NCBI RefSeq assembly: GCF_007991455.1
Contig: NZ_BJYJ01000003.1
Location: 148,715 to 212,714, forward strand
DNA length: 64,000 bases
Reading direction: 5' to 3'
Source: Chryseobacterium hagamense
GTDB taxonomy: Bacteria > Bacteroidota > Bacteroidia > Flavobacteriales > Weeksellaceae
Shown here piece by piece: positions 28,921 through 37,874 of the stretch. How positions within the stretch are numbered: the stretch's first letter is position 1; each line of letters opens with the position of its first letter. The translations under genes were made by a program, and so were the position numbers. The notes under the pieces were generated by a model. The model ran no database searches. It was not told the DNA's origin and was given only the letters and a program-made list of their open reading frames with translations.

Positions 28921-29341
28921 AATCCCGGCACATTTAATTTAACATTCCCGGGCTTTCATTTAATTTTTGACACTCATATTAATTTTTATTTCATTTATTA
29001 ATACCATGTTACCGGATCCTGTAAAGAATTAACATTTATTTTAAATAAAAAATTTTCTGATGTTCAAATAAATCACTAGATATTGATTTCCAAACACTTA
29101 GTATACGAACAAAATTTATTTTACGCGTTACCGATAGGATACAGCCTCATACAAGCCCTGTTAATAAAATATTCACAGTCAAATATTTACTATAAATCAC
29201 CATGTAAAGAATAAATAACATCTATGATGCAGCCTTTTTTGTAAAAAAAATTTTGTTACATTTGCTTTAAAGTAATAAGTAGCCGTATACCACGTTTTAC
29301 TTATTCCGGAAATTTGATTGTAAAAACATTAAAACCAGCTT

Positions 29342-29920
29342 ATGAAAAAAATAGTTCTACTCTTTACGTGCCTGTTCGGAATTTCAGCTTTTGCACAGAT
29401 CAAGGTGCTGAAGAATGAGACTTTAGTGGAAATCGGCAAAGACAATTCCGTAGGTTTATATAAAAAAGACGACCGTTTCACCGTGAATTACCAGGATCTT
29501 AATACGGCTAATCTCAACACCTTCCGGTCTTTTTCTTTTCAGAACCTGAACAAGGATGTTGCAGGGCTGTATGAACTGATCGCCAACGGATTTATCGATA
29601 CGCCCGAAAGCAATATCGTTCTCGAACTTCCCAGCGACATCATCGAACTGCATTTTGAAAAAAATTACGGTACACCCACCGTACAGTTTATCCAGTACAT
29701 CAACAAGAACAGGAAGTATGTAGGAAAATCACAGTTCCTGAACAAGAAACAGGTTGACAAAATCTTCGGAAAGACCAACGGGAAGGCTGCGCTTTATGAC
29801 AAGCCGGCAACGATGAACAATATTCATAACAATAACAGCAATATAAATAATCAGCAGGCGGCCACCCAGGCTTCTTCAGCAGCTCCGGTTTCCAACGGCA
29901 GCCGGAAGCCCCGAAAATAA
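29342..29920 (+). CDS. Hypothetical secreted protein
   Basis: Signal peptide MKKIVLLFTCLFGISAFAQ. Low-complexity N/Q/S-rich tail. A TACATTTG -7 element lies upstream at about 29253. Confidence 0.5.
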   Translation: MKKIVLLFTCLFGISAFAQIKVLKNETLVEIGKDNSVGLYKKDDRFTVNYQDLNTANLNTFRSFSFQNLNKDVAGLYELIANGFIDTPESNIVLELPSDIIELHFEKNYGTPTVQFIQYINKNRKYVGKSQFLNKKQVDKIFGKTNGKAALYDKPATMNNIHNNNSNINNQQAATQASSAAPVSNGSRKPRK

Positions 29921-29943
29921 ATCAAACATTTTGAAATATTACT

Positions 29944-29972
29944 GAACTCATTCATCTGGATGAGTTTTTTTA
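29944..29972 (+). terminator. Rho-independent terminator
   Basis: AACTCAT..ATGAGTT stem followed by TTTTTTTATTTT. Confidence 0.5.
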
Positions 29973-30004
29973 TTTTATTTTTGCAAAAAGATCGTTACGA
30001 CATT

Positions 30005-30700
30005 ATGCCTCTTCAAATCCATAACCTGACCAAACAATTCGGTGAGCAGACCGCGCTGAACAACATTAACATTTCCATTGAAAACAATGAAATCATCGGT
30101 CTCCTGGGCCCGAATGGTGCCGGAAAATCCACCCTGATGAAATCAATTGTCGGTGCCCTGAAAATTGATGAAGGTGAAATTATTTTTAACGGACAGAATA
30201 TTACGGATCATGAAATTGCAAGTAAGAAAAAAATCGGCTTTCTTCCGGAAAATAATCCGTTGTACCTTGAAATGTATATCAAGGAATATTTGATGTTTGT
30301 GGCCAACATCCATAAAATCCCGGAATCCAGAGTGGATGAAGTGATCGAACTGGTAGGCATTACCCCGGAAAAGTCCAAGAAAATCGGGCAGCTTTCCAAA
30401 GGGTACAAACAGAGGGTCGGACTGGCCCAGGCCATTATCCACCAGCCGGACCTTCTGATCCTTGATGAGCCGACCAACGGCCTCGATCCCAACCAGATTA
30501 TTGAGATCCGGAATGTGGTAAAAGAAATCGGCCGGCAGAAAACCGTGTTGCTTTCCACCCACATCATGCAGGAAGTGGAAGCGCTCTGCTCCCGCGTTAT
30601 CCTGATCCACAAAGGCAATATCCTCCAGGATTGCCCGATCGGCGAATTCAAAGGAAAATTTGAAAGCCTTGAGGAAGCTTTTGCAAGTTATACGGCTTAA
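30005..30700 (+). CDS. Orphan ABC transporter ATP-binding protein (ABC-2 type; GldA-like)
   Basis: Walker A GPNGAGKST, signature LSKGYKQRVGLA, Walker B LLILDEP, H-loop. No permease gene is adjacent. The internal Met MPLQIHNL is taken as the start. Confidence 0.85.
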   Translation: MPLQIHNLTKQFGEQTALNNINISIENNEIIGLLGPNGAGKSTLMKSIVGALKIDEGEIIFNGQNITDHEIASKKKIGFLPENNPLYLEMYIKEYLMFVANIHKIPESRVDEVIELVGITPEKSKKIGQLSKGYKQRVGLAQAIIHQPDLLILDEPTNGLDPNQIIEIRNVVKEIGRQKTVLLSTHIMQEVEALCSRVILIHKGNILQDCPIGEFKGKFESLEEAFASYTA

Positions 30701-30710
30701 TTTATATATA

Positions 30711-30750
30711 AACCTCACAGGTTTCGGAAACCTGTGAGGTTTTAGATTTT
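30711..30750. terminator. Bidirectional rho-independent terminator between convergent genes
   Basis: Perfect 15-bp stem AACCTCACAGGTTTC / GAAACCTGTGAGGTT, with a T-run downstream (TTTAGATTTT) and an A/T-run upstream. Confidence 0.75.
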
Positions 30751-30773
30751 CCCACATCAGATACACTTTTTGC

Positions 30774-31010
30774 TCAAAAGGCAGGCTTTCTGTGGATTAT
30801 TTCCGTTGTTTTTATATTTTCTGACATTTCATTTTTAATCAATTGCCTACGGATGCAGGCCAGCTGCAAAATCAAAATAAGGTTGATTATAATAATTTCA
30901 TAGTAAACTGCAGATTTTTTTCCCGATATTTTGTTGCGGATGTGGAGTGACGAAAAAACAACAAGAAAGACCGTCAGCACCGCGATTAAAAGCTGAATAA
31001 TGGCAATCAT
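30774..31010 (-). CDS. Small membrane protein (hypothetical)
   Basis: 78 aa with two hydrophobic helices. Immediately downstream of the flotillin gene. Confidence 0.3.
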   Translation of the reverse strand: MIAIIQLLIAVLTVFLVVFSSLHIRNKISGKKSAVYYEIIIINLILILQLACIRRQLIKNEMSENIKTTEIIHRKPAF

Positions 31011-31030
31011 TAATCTTATTTTAAATATAA

Positions 31031-32971
31031 TTAAACATTGCCCTCCGGCTTTTCTTCAATTACCAAAGGAGTTGCTGCTGCATTTTTCATCTGCACCTGT
31101 TCCAGAAGCTGAAGCCCCAGAAGCCCGCTGATTCCGCCGTTTGCCGCATCACCGTTACCGCCGATCAGAACTTCCGGCATAATCCTTACCTTCTGGCTGG
31201 CAATATTTTCCATGATTTTCAGCTGGGTAAAATTGTTTCCGCCCATGGCTTCCACCGACAGTTTATAGGATTCGGCATTGGATTTCCCGATGGCCAGAAT
31301 CTTTTCCGCTTCCGCATTCCCCGTGAGGGAGATCTGTTCGGCACTTGCTTTGGCCAGCCATTCTATCTTTTCAGATTCCGCTTTGGCAAGGAGCCTGGTT
31401 TTTTCTGCTTCCCCGGTAGCCAGAAGTTTCAGCCGGTCCCCTTCCGCTGTTGCCTGCAGCCTTACCGAATTGGCATCACCCGTGGCTTTTTTTACGGAAG
31501 CATCGGCAATTCTTTCCGCGATCAGTACGCCCTGGTCAGCTTTTACGATTTCTTTCTGCATATCGGCCACTGCCGTTTCTTTCTCCAGAGCCTGCCGGGT
31601 TTCCTGGGCAAGCATCTCGGTTTCGTAGGTGATTTTCTGCTCCTCGGCCAGCTTACGGTCGGTCAGTGTCTTCATCAGGCTTTCAGGAGGAACAATGGCT
31701 CCGATCAGCGTATCGACGGCATTTACATTGTACTGTTCCAGCACGCTGCTGATATGGTCTTTGGCCGACTGCTGCCTTTCCTTACGGCTTCCGAGAAAAG
31801 CAATCACGTCGCTGTCCTGCGCCGAATTCCTGAAGTAGTTTCCGATCGTCGGTTCCAGCACCTGACTTACCAGGTTAATCATGTTTCCGAAACGCGCAAT
31901 CACTTTCGGGGCTTCGTAGGTCGGAATATGGATGATCTGGGAAACATCCAGGTTGAACGGGAAACCGTCTTTACTCCGTACGGTGATGGTAGAAAGGTTT
32001 TTATCGAGCTGATGGGACTCGCTTCTTTCATAAGCCCAGTTCAGCACCAGGTTGGTGGTCGGAACCAGCTCCACTTTCATGATGTATGGGTTGATCGGGT
32101 ATTTTCCCGGTCCTATCGGTTCTGCCCAGACCCCTTTATGCCCTTTTTCCACGATATTTCCATGTTTAAAATCCACACCGCTCAGATCTTTTCCGTCTTC
32201 TCCTACATAGCTGATGATGACGCCTACATGCCCGATCGGGATTTCCGTCATTTTCACCATTTCCACCTTGGTGAACCATGGATTCAGGAAGTAAGAACCT
32301 GCCAGGATTACCTGTTCCTGAAGGCCTTTGTAACCGCCGCTGTTCAGAAAAGTGTCGACATCCTGGAATTTGTTGTGTCCATGGATGATCTTTCCTGCGA
32401 TCTGCCCTTCTTCCAGCGGACTTCCTTCCATCGTGGTGATGATTCCCACAGCGTTATCGGGAATCTGCGTCATATCCGTCAGTTCGATTTCAAAAAGCAG
32501 GGTATTGATCCGGTATGATCCCGGTGCGATGATGGCGGTCTGTCTTCCTTTCCGGCCGCCGTTTTTCAGAAAAGCTTCGGCATCCTGAAAGGAATCACAG
32601 TCTACTTTTCTTGCTAAGATCCTTCCGGTTTCCAGCTCTACCCCGTCTTTGGCCAGAAGCAATCCTATTTTGCCGGTCGGGATCACGGTAAAGGGCTGGA
32701 AATCGATGGAATACTGCCAGATCCATTTGCCAAAATAGACGCCCGGCGCCAGGGTCTGTGCCTGGAAACCGGCCTCTCCGTTGGTAGCAATAATCCGGCC
32801 TTCCGGTAATTCCTGCTTACCGACGAGCACAAATTTTTTGGTAACCAGGCCGATCCTGTCCTGGGGAACAATCACAAGACCGAAGAAAATTCTTAAGATA
32901 AATTTGTAAAAAATAACGCACACCAATGCGATGACGGCCGGAATCATCCAGCCATGAAAACTTAATTCCAT
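31031..32971 (-). CDS. Flotillin-like SPFH/band-7 protein (YqiK-like), unusually long at 646 aa
   Basis: N-terminal TM segment, SPFH domain, long Ala/Glu/Lys-rich coiled coil (EAxK repeats). Confidence 0.85.
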   Translation of the reverse strand: MELSFHGWMIPAVIALVCVIFYKFILRIFFGLVIVPQDRIGLVTKKFVLVGKQELPEGRIIATNGEAGFQAQTLAPGVYFGKWIWQYSIDFQPFTVIPTGKIGLLLAKDGVELETGRILARKVDCDSFQDAEAFLKNGGRKGRQTAIIAPGSYRINTLLFEIELTDMTQIPDNAVGIITTMEGSPLEEGQIAGKIIHGHNKFQDVDTFLNSGGYKGLQEQVILAGSYFLNPWFTKVEMVKMTEIPIGHVGVIISYVGEDGKDLSGVDFKHGNIVEKGHKGVWAEPIGPGKYPINPYIMKVELVPTTNLVLNWAYERSESHQLDKNLSTITVRSKDGFPFNLDVSQIIHIPTYEAPKVIARFGNMINLVSQVLEPTIGNYFRNSAQDSDVIAFLGSRKERQQSAKDHISSVLEQYNVNAVDTLIGAIVPPESLMKTLTDRKLAEEQKITYETEMLAQETRQALEKETAVADMQKEIVKADQGVLIAERIADASVKKATGDANSVRLQATAEGDRLKLLATGEAEKTRLLAKAESEKIEWLAKASAEQISLTGNAEAEKILAIGKSNAESYKLSVEAMGGNNFTQLKIMENIASQKVRIMPEVLIGGNGDAANGGISGLLGLQLLEQVQMKNAAATPLVIEEKPEGNV

Positions 32972-33417
32972 AGTTTTTGTTTTTGATTAAAAGTGAAAAC
33001 GGGAAAGTTGCCCTGTTTTTTCAGAACTTGAAAACAGGGTACGAATTATATGATAATTCTTTTAAAAAATTAAGAAAGTGCAGGTGGAGAAGTATTAAAA
33101 ATCGTGAAGATGATTTCTGATACTTTTAATAGAAAAAACTTAAAGTTAATGAGTTTCATTTAGATCATAAAGGAAAGAGATCCTTTTGCTGTACAAATGT
33201 ACGCAAGAAAAATAATCAGTTGCTGAAAAAATTTTAAATATTTTCCAATGGATAACACAAATTATTGATAATCAATTTAATTATTTTACGGTTTACTCAG
33301 TTTATCTATTTAAAATTAGGATATTTTAATAAAAAACAAGCAGAAAAATGAACAGGAGCACCGCGATTCTGGCTTTAAATTTGATAAAATTTTACCCTAA
33401 CCATTACCATTAAAAAG

Positions 33418-33852
33418 ATGATCAAAAAAATTGCATTGGGTATTTTTTGTGTAGCCCAGTTTTCACTGATGAATGCTAATACCATTGTTAACGAAGCACC
33501 GGTTTCAAAAGTAAATTACCAGAAGGAAAGAGTTCCGAAGTCCGTTATTATCAAAACCAAAAAGTTTAAAATAAAGATTGACCAGCAGCCGGACGGAAAT
33601 TACCTGTATCAGGCCTGGGGAGTTAACGGAAAGGTAACCTCCAAGCCGAGCATGATTATATCAAACGGCGAACTGATCCCGGACGGTACCGGCGGAAACT
33701 ATTATTACGAATTCAGCAACAACGGTTATACTTACCAGATCTGGAGAAATTATTTAACCGATTCAGCCAAGAAAGCACCGTATACGTTAATGGTAACGGA
33801 TCAAAATGGTAAAACGGTCGTCAACCAGGACGGATATGTTGTTAAAAATTAA
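33418..33852 (+). CDS. Hypothetical secreted protein
   Basis: Signal peptide. 144 aa. Confidence 0.5.
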   Translation: MIKKIALGIFCVAQFSLMNANTIVNEAPVSKVNYQKERVPKSVIIKTKKFKIKIDQQPDGNYLYQAWGVNGKVTSKPSMIISNGELIPDGTGGNYYYEFSNNGYTYQIWRNYLTDSAKKAPYTLMVTDQNGKTVVNQDGYVVKN

Positions 33853-33872
33853 AACCGACAGTGAATATAGAT

Positions 33873-33901
33873 TCCTGGCTTTAAAGCCGGGAATTTTTAT
33901 T
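33873..33901 (+). terminator. Rho-independent terminator
   Basis: 7-bp stem (one G-U pair) TCCTGGC / GCCGGGA followed by ATTTTTATT. Confidence 0.5.
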
Positions 33902-33986
33902 GTGAATTTTGCTAAAGCAGATCAATGATCAATCGTTAAAAGGAAGAATTGGCAAGCGAAGCGGATTCACCATTCACCATTGATCC

Positions 33987-34793
33987 TCAAACGATTCGTT
34001 CTTCTTCTTTCAGCACATTATAAAACCGGCTTTCATCAAAACTGTCTTTTGCCGCGTGGTAGCCGATGTTGAAAATCTGTTCGAGGCGGTCTTTTCGTCT
34101 TTCAAAAGTGCCGTAGGTGGATAGTTCCTGGGAGGAAATAAACCAGTCGCAGTGGTCGAACTTTATTTTCTCAATGCGGTAGGACAACAGGTCATAGGAT
34201 CGGGAAACAATGGCTTTGATGGATTTCAGGTCACTGATCTTGATGTCATGGGGCGGTGAGACGAAAACGCCGATCAGTTTATCGCAGTCTTTCCGGATGA
34301 TGTCTGCCGGAAAATTATTCAGCACGCCGCCGTCGCAGTACATTTCATCATCGATGATGTAAGGCGTTGTGACACCGGGGATAGAGCACGAAGCGATAAT
34401 TGCATCCACCACTTTAAAGTTATTATCGAAAATCTTCTCGGTGCCGCCCACCAGTTCCGTTGCTACGATTTTCACTTCTTTATCCAGGTCGCCGAGCTTC
34501 ATCTCTCCAAAAACAGGATTCAGGTAGTTCCTGAAAATTACGGATGAAACCAATCCGGGCTGATTGAAAGCAAAATGTTTCCAGTTGAAAAAATAGATCG
34601 AACTGAAAAATTCCATGATTTCTTCCGGTTTTTTACCGATGGCATACATGCATCCGACGATGGAACCTGCGCTGCAGCACGACAGTACATCAGCAGCAAT
34701 ATTTTTTTCGGCTAAGAATTTTAAAACCCCGGCATGCGCAATGCCTTTGGTTCCGCCTCCGGATAAGACCAGTCCTACTTTCTCAGAATTCAT
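33987..34793 (-). CDS. Patatin-like phospholipase
   Basis: LSGGGTKG oxyanion motif, GxSxG (CSAGS) and a DGG catalytic Asp context. Confidence 0.85.
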   Translation of the reverse strand: MNSEKVGLVLSGGGTKGIAHAGVLKFLAEKNIAADVLSCCSAGSIVGCMYAIGKKPEEIMEFFSSIYFFNWKHFAFNQPGLVSSVIFRNYLNPVFGEMKLGDLDKEVKIVATELVGGTEKIFDNNFKVVDAIIASCSIPGVTTPYIIDDEMYCDGGVLNNFPADIIRKDCDKLIGVFVSPPHDIKISDLKSIKAIVSRSYDLLSYRIEKIKFDHCDWFISSQELSTYGTFERRKDRLEQIFNIGYHAAKDSFDESRFYNVLKEEERIV

Positions 34794-35025
34794 GGAATAA
34801 ATATAAGAAAACAGAACAAAAGAATAAGTCACATTTTTCCAGATCCCGTGATTTTGCCATTTTTTAACACAAATAAAAATTAGATTAATACGGGTCGAAA
34901 GGCGGGAAGAAGGATGTTGGATGCCGGAAGTTTTTATAACTGAAATAATATGAGCTCAACTTAATTCCTGTTTAAGCATTAAAAAAGCCCGGAAGTTCCG
35001 GGCTCAGGTATTTGAAAATATGATT

Positions 35026-35640
35026 CTAATTATTAAGATACTTCTCGAAAATCCTTGAGAAATCTTTCTGATTGTATTTATCAAAGCTGGTGGTATTCCA
35101 GGCGAAAATATACTCGTTGATGGCTCTTAATTCCTGGCTTTTCGAAACATTTTCCTGCTTTCCTGAAGCCACTGAAGTAATGGCTTTCTGGATGCTGTCG
35201 TTCGAGAAATTCAACAGCGAATGGTTGTGGTGAACTTCCTGCTGAATCGCCAGCAATGCCTTATACAGGTCTTTCAGCTGATCGATCTGACCTTTTGCCA
35301 CGCTGATCATCATCGGAACATTACCGATATTGAATGAAATCTCCACATCCAGGTCAATGGTTCCCGCCGTTTGCAAAGCGATATTGGAAAACGGAAACTG
35401 ATAGTATTCGTATCTTTTCAGGACTCTTTTTTTATCCAGAGCACTTGCTCCGTCGATATGGATCAGGGCCCTGTTGGTAAAACAGTATTCGTCCCTTCTG
35501 GATTTAATCAGGAAGAAAATTTTCTCATTGTCTTCAGACAGGATGTAATCGTCAGAATCTACTTTATCGTAATCCTGAGAAGAAATGATTTTTCCGATAT
35601 CTCCCAGTCCCAGTGCTTCTGCCGCCAGTTTTTTAAACAT
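35026..35640 (-). CDS. Bacterial PH (bPH/GRAM-like, YvbH-like) domain protein
   Basis: 204 aa, no TM. The central ...ILSEDNEKIFFLIKSRRDEYCFTNRALIHIDG... resembles bPH_1 proteins. Weak assignment. Confidence 0.45.
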   Translation of the reverse strand: MFKKLAAEALGLGDIGKIISSQDYDKVDSDDYILSEDNEKIFFLIKSRRDEYCFTNRALIHIDGASALDKKRVLKRYEYYQFPFSNIALQTAGTIDLDVEISFNIGNVPMMISVAKGQIDQLKDLYKALLAIQQEVHHNHSLLNFSNDSIQKAITSVASGKQENVSKSQELRAINEYIFAWNTTSFDKYNQKDFSRIFEKYLNN

Positions 35641-35675
35641 CGATTTTGGTATTTAATTATTAGTTCAGGTATTTT

Positions 35676-37064
35676 TTAAATGTGGATCACTTCACCGTAA
35701 GCCGCCGCTGCCGCTTCCATAATGGCTTCGGAAACCGTCGGGTGAGGGTGGATGGATTTGATGATTTCGTGACCTGTGGTTTCAAGCTTTCTGGCTACCA
35801 CCGCTTCAGCCACCATATCGGTAACGCCTTCGCCGATCATGTGGCAGCCTAACCACTCACCGTATTTCGCATCGAAAATCACTTTGATGAAACCGTCGGT
35901 ATTTCCGTTAGCTGTCGCTTTTCCGCTGGCAGAAAGAGGGAACTTCCCTACTTTGATTTCGTATCCTTTTTCTTTAGCCTGCTTTTCCGTAAGGCCTACC
36001 GATGCTACCTCAGGGTGACAGTAGGTACATCCCGGAATGTTGCCGTAATCGATCTTCTCCACATGCATTCCCTTGATTTTCTCAACGCACGTGATTCCTT
36101 CCGCAGAAGCAACGTGTGCCAGAGCCTGAGTTGGGATCAGGTCTCCGATGGCATAGTAACCCGGAACTGAAGTTTCGTACCATTCGTTTACCAGTACTCT
36201 TCCTTTATCCGTCTGGATGCCCACTTCTTCAAGACCGATGTTCTCGATGTTGGCAGCGATCCCTACGGCAGAAAGTAAAATATCCGCTTCCAGGGTAATG
36301 TTCCCTTTGGCTGTCTTTACCGTTGCTTTTACGCCCTCTCCGCTGGTATCCACGCTTTCTACGGAAGCATTGGTCATAATCTCGATGCCGGTCTTTTTCA
36401 GGGATTTTTCAAGGTGCTTGGAGATTTCCTCATCTTCTACCGGCACGATGTTCGGCATGAATTCCACAACGGTAACTTTGGTTCCCATCGTATTATAGAA
36501 ATCGGCAAATTCTACCCCGATGGCTCCTGAACCTACAACAATCATTGATTTCGGCTGTTCCGGAAGAGAAAGGGCCTGTCGGTATCCGATTACTTTTTTA
36601 CCGTCCTGCGGCAGGTTCGGTAATTCTCTTGAACGGGCTCCGGTAGCGATGATGATGTGCGTTCCGGTATATTCGGTGGTTTTTCCTTCCTTATCGGTAA
36701 CGGAAACTTTTTTCCCTTTCTGAACCTTTGCGGTTCCCATGATCACATCGATCTTATTTTTCTTCATCAGGAATTCGATCCCTTTGCTCATTTTGTTGGC
36801 TACGCCACGGCTTCTCTGGATCACGTTCGGGAATTCGAAAGTTCCTTCCACTTTATTCAGTCCGTAATCCTCAGCGTGGTTGATATAATGAAAAACCTGT
36901 GCAGATTTTAACAAAGCTTTTGTCGGAATACATCCCCAGTTCAGGCAGATCCCTCCCAGGTTTTCTTTCTCGATAATGGCAGTTTTGAAACCCAACTGTG
37001 CTGCTCTGATCGCTGTAACATATCCACCAGGACCACTTCCGATGACAATAATATCGTAGTTCAT
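35676..37064 (-). CDS. lpdA: Dihydrolipoyl dehydrogenase
   Basis: FAD motif GSGPGGY, redox-active disulfide GGICLNWGCIPTK, NAD motif GSGAIGVE, C-terminal HPT..E dimer-interface motif. Confidence 0.9.
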   Translation of the reverse strand: MNYDIIVIGSGPGGYVTAIRAAQLGFKTAIIEKENLGGICLNWGCIPTKALLKSAQVFHYINHAEDYGLNKVEGTFEFPNVIQRSRGVANKMSKGIEFLMKKNKIDVIMGTAKVQKGKKVSVTDKEGKTTEYTGTHIIIATGARSRELPNLPQDGKKVIGYRQALSLPEQPKSMIVVGSGAIGVEFADFYNTMGTKVTVVEFMPNIVPVEDEEISKHLEKSLKKTGIEIMTNASVESVDTSGEGVKATVKTAKGNITLEADILLSAVGIAANIENIGLEEVGIQTDKGRVLVNEWYETSVPGYYAIGDLIPTQALAHVASAEGITCVEKIKGMHVEKIDYGNIPGCTYCHPEVASVGLTEKQAKEKGYEIKVGKFPLSASGKATANGNTDGFIKVIFDAKYGEWLGCHMIGEGVTDMVAEAVVARKLETTGHEIIKSIHPHPTVSEAIMEAAAAAYGEVIHI

Positions 37065-37451
37065 TATAATAAAAATTTTTATGCGAATTTAAGGAAAAAT
37101 ATCGGAAAAGGCACATTCCTTAAAAATTGGCAGGCCGTGAATTTCCGGGATGGTTTTAAAAAGAAGGAAGGTATTTTAAATGGAATCAGGTTAGCAGGCC
37201 GGAAGTAGGAAGCCGGATGCCGGAAGTTCCCTGTGTCAGTATGATAATCAAAGGTAATAATCATCACAAGAAATTATTTTTCACTTTAACAAAGAGGGAT
37301 TTACCGGATGTCTTCTTTAGTAATCTGACTTTTACTTTCTACGCTGATAACCGGCAGAATATAAACTAAATGTAATCGAATTTACCTTATTCTAATTCAG
37401 GCAGAAAAAGATGGTCAAAGGCTAACGCTTTTTAGAAAAAAAGAAATGTAA

Positions 37452-37488
37452 AAAGCCTGTTCCAAAGGATTGTAACAGGCTTTTTTAT
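37452..37488. terminator. Bidirectional hairpin terminator
   Basis: AAAAGCCTGTT...AACAGGCTTTTTT, with the stem flanked by A-runs and T-runs. Confidence 0.55.
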
Positions 37489-37510
37489 GTATCAGGATAA
37501 AGGGTTGATG

Positions 37511-37774
37511 CTACCTTGCGCTTCTCAGCAGGCGCTTTTCATTGGCATACCTTTCATTCAATGCTCTCAGCTGGTCCCGCTTCATTTTTTTTGTGGCCAG
37601 CGGATGGTTCAGGATCAGCTTTTTCTCCCGGTTGTATCTCTGTGCCAGCTCCTGGGATTTGCTGCTGGTAAGCTGGCCTTTTGAAGGGTGTGGCGGTACC
37701 GGGGGACGTCGCTGTCCGTAAGCATTCATCGATAATCCCAGCAAAATGACGGTTGATATTAAAAACTTTTTCAT
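37511..37774 (-). CDS. Small secreted basic protein (hypothetical)
   Basis: Signal peptide, then a K/R-rich helical sequence. Confidence 0.45.
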   Translation of the reverse strand: MKKFLISTVILLGLSMNAYGQRRPPVPPHPSKGQLTSSKSQELAQRYNREKKLILNHPLATKKMKRDQLRALNERYANEKRLLRSAR

Positions 37775-37874
37775 GATGTACTTTTTTCCGAATGATTTTA
37801 ATGTAAATGATGCTCCATTAATTTCACTCCGTTCTCAGTCAATGATCAGCAGATATCATACCATATTTTCAGGA

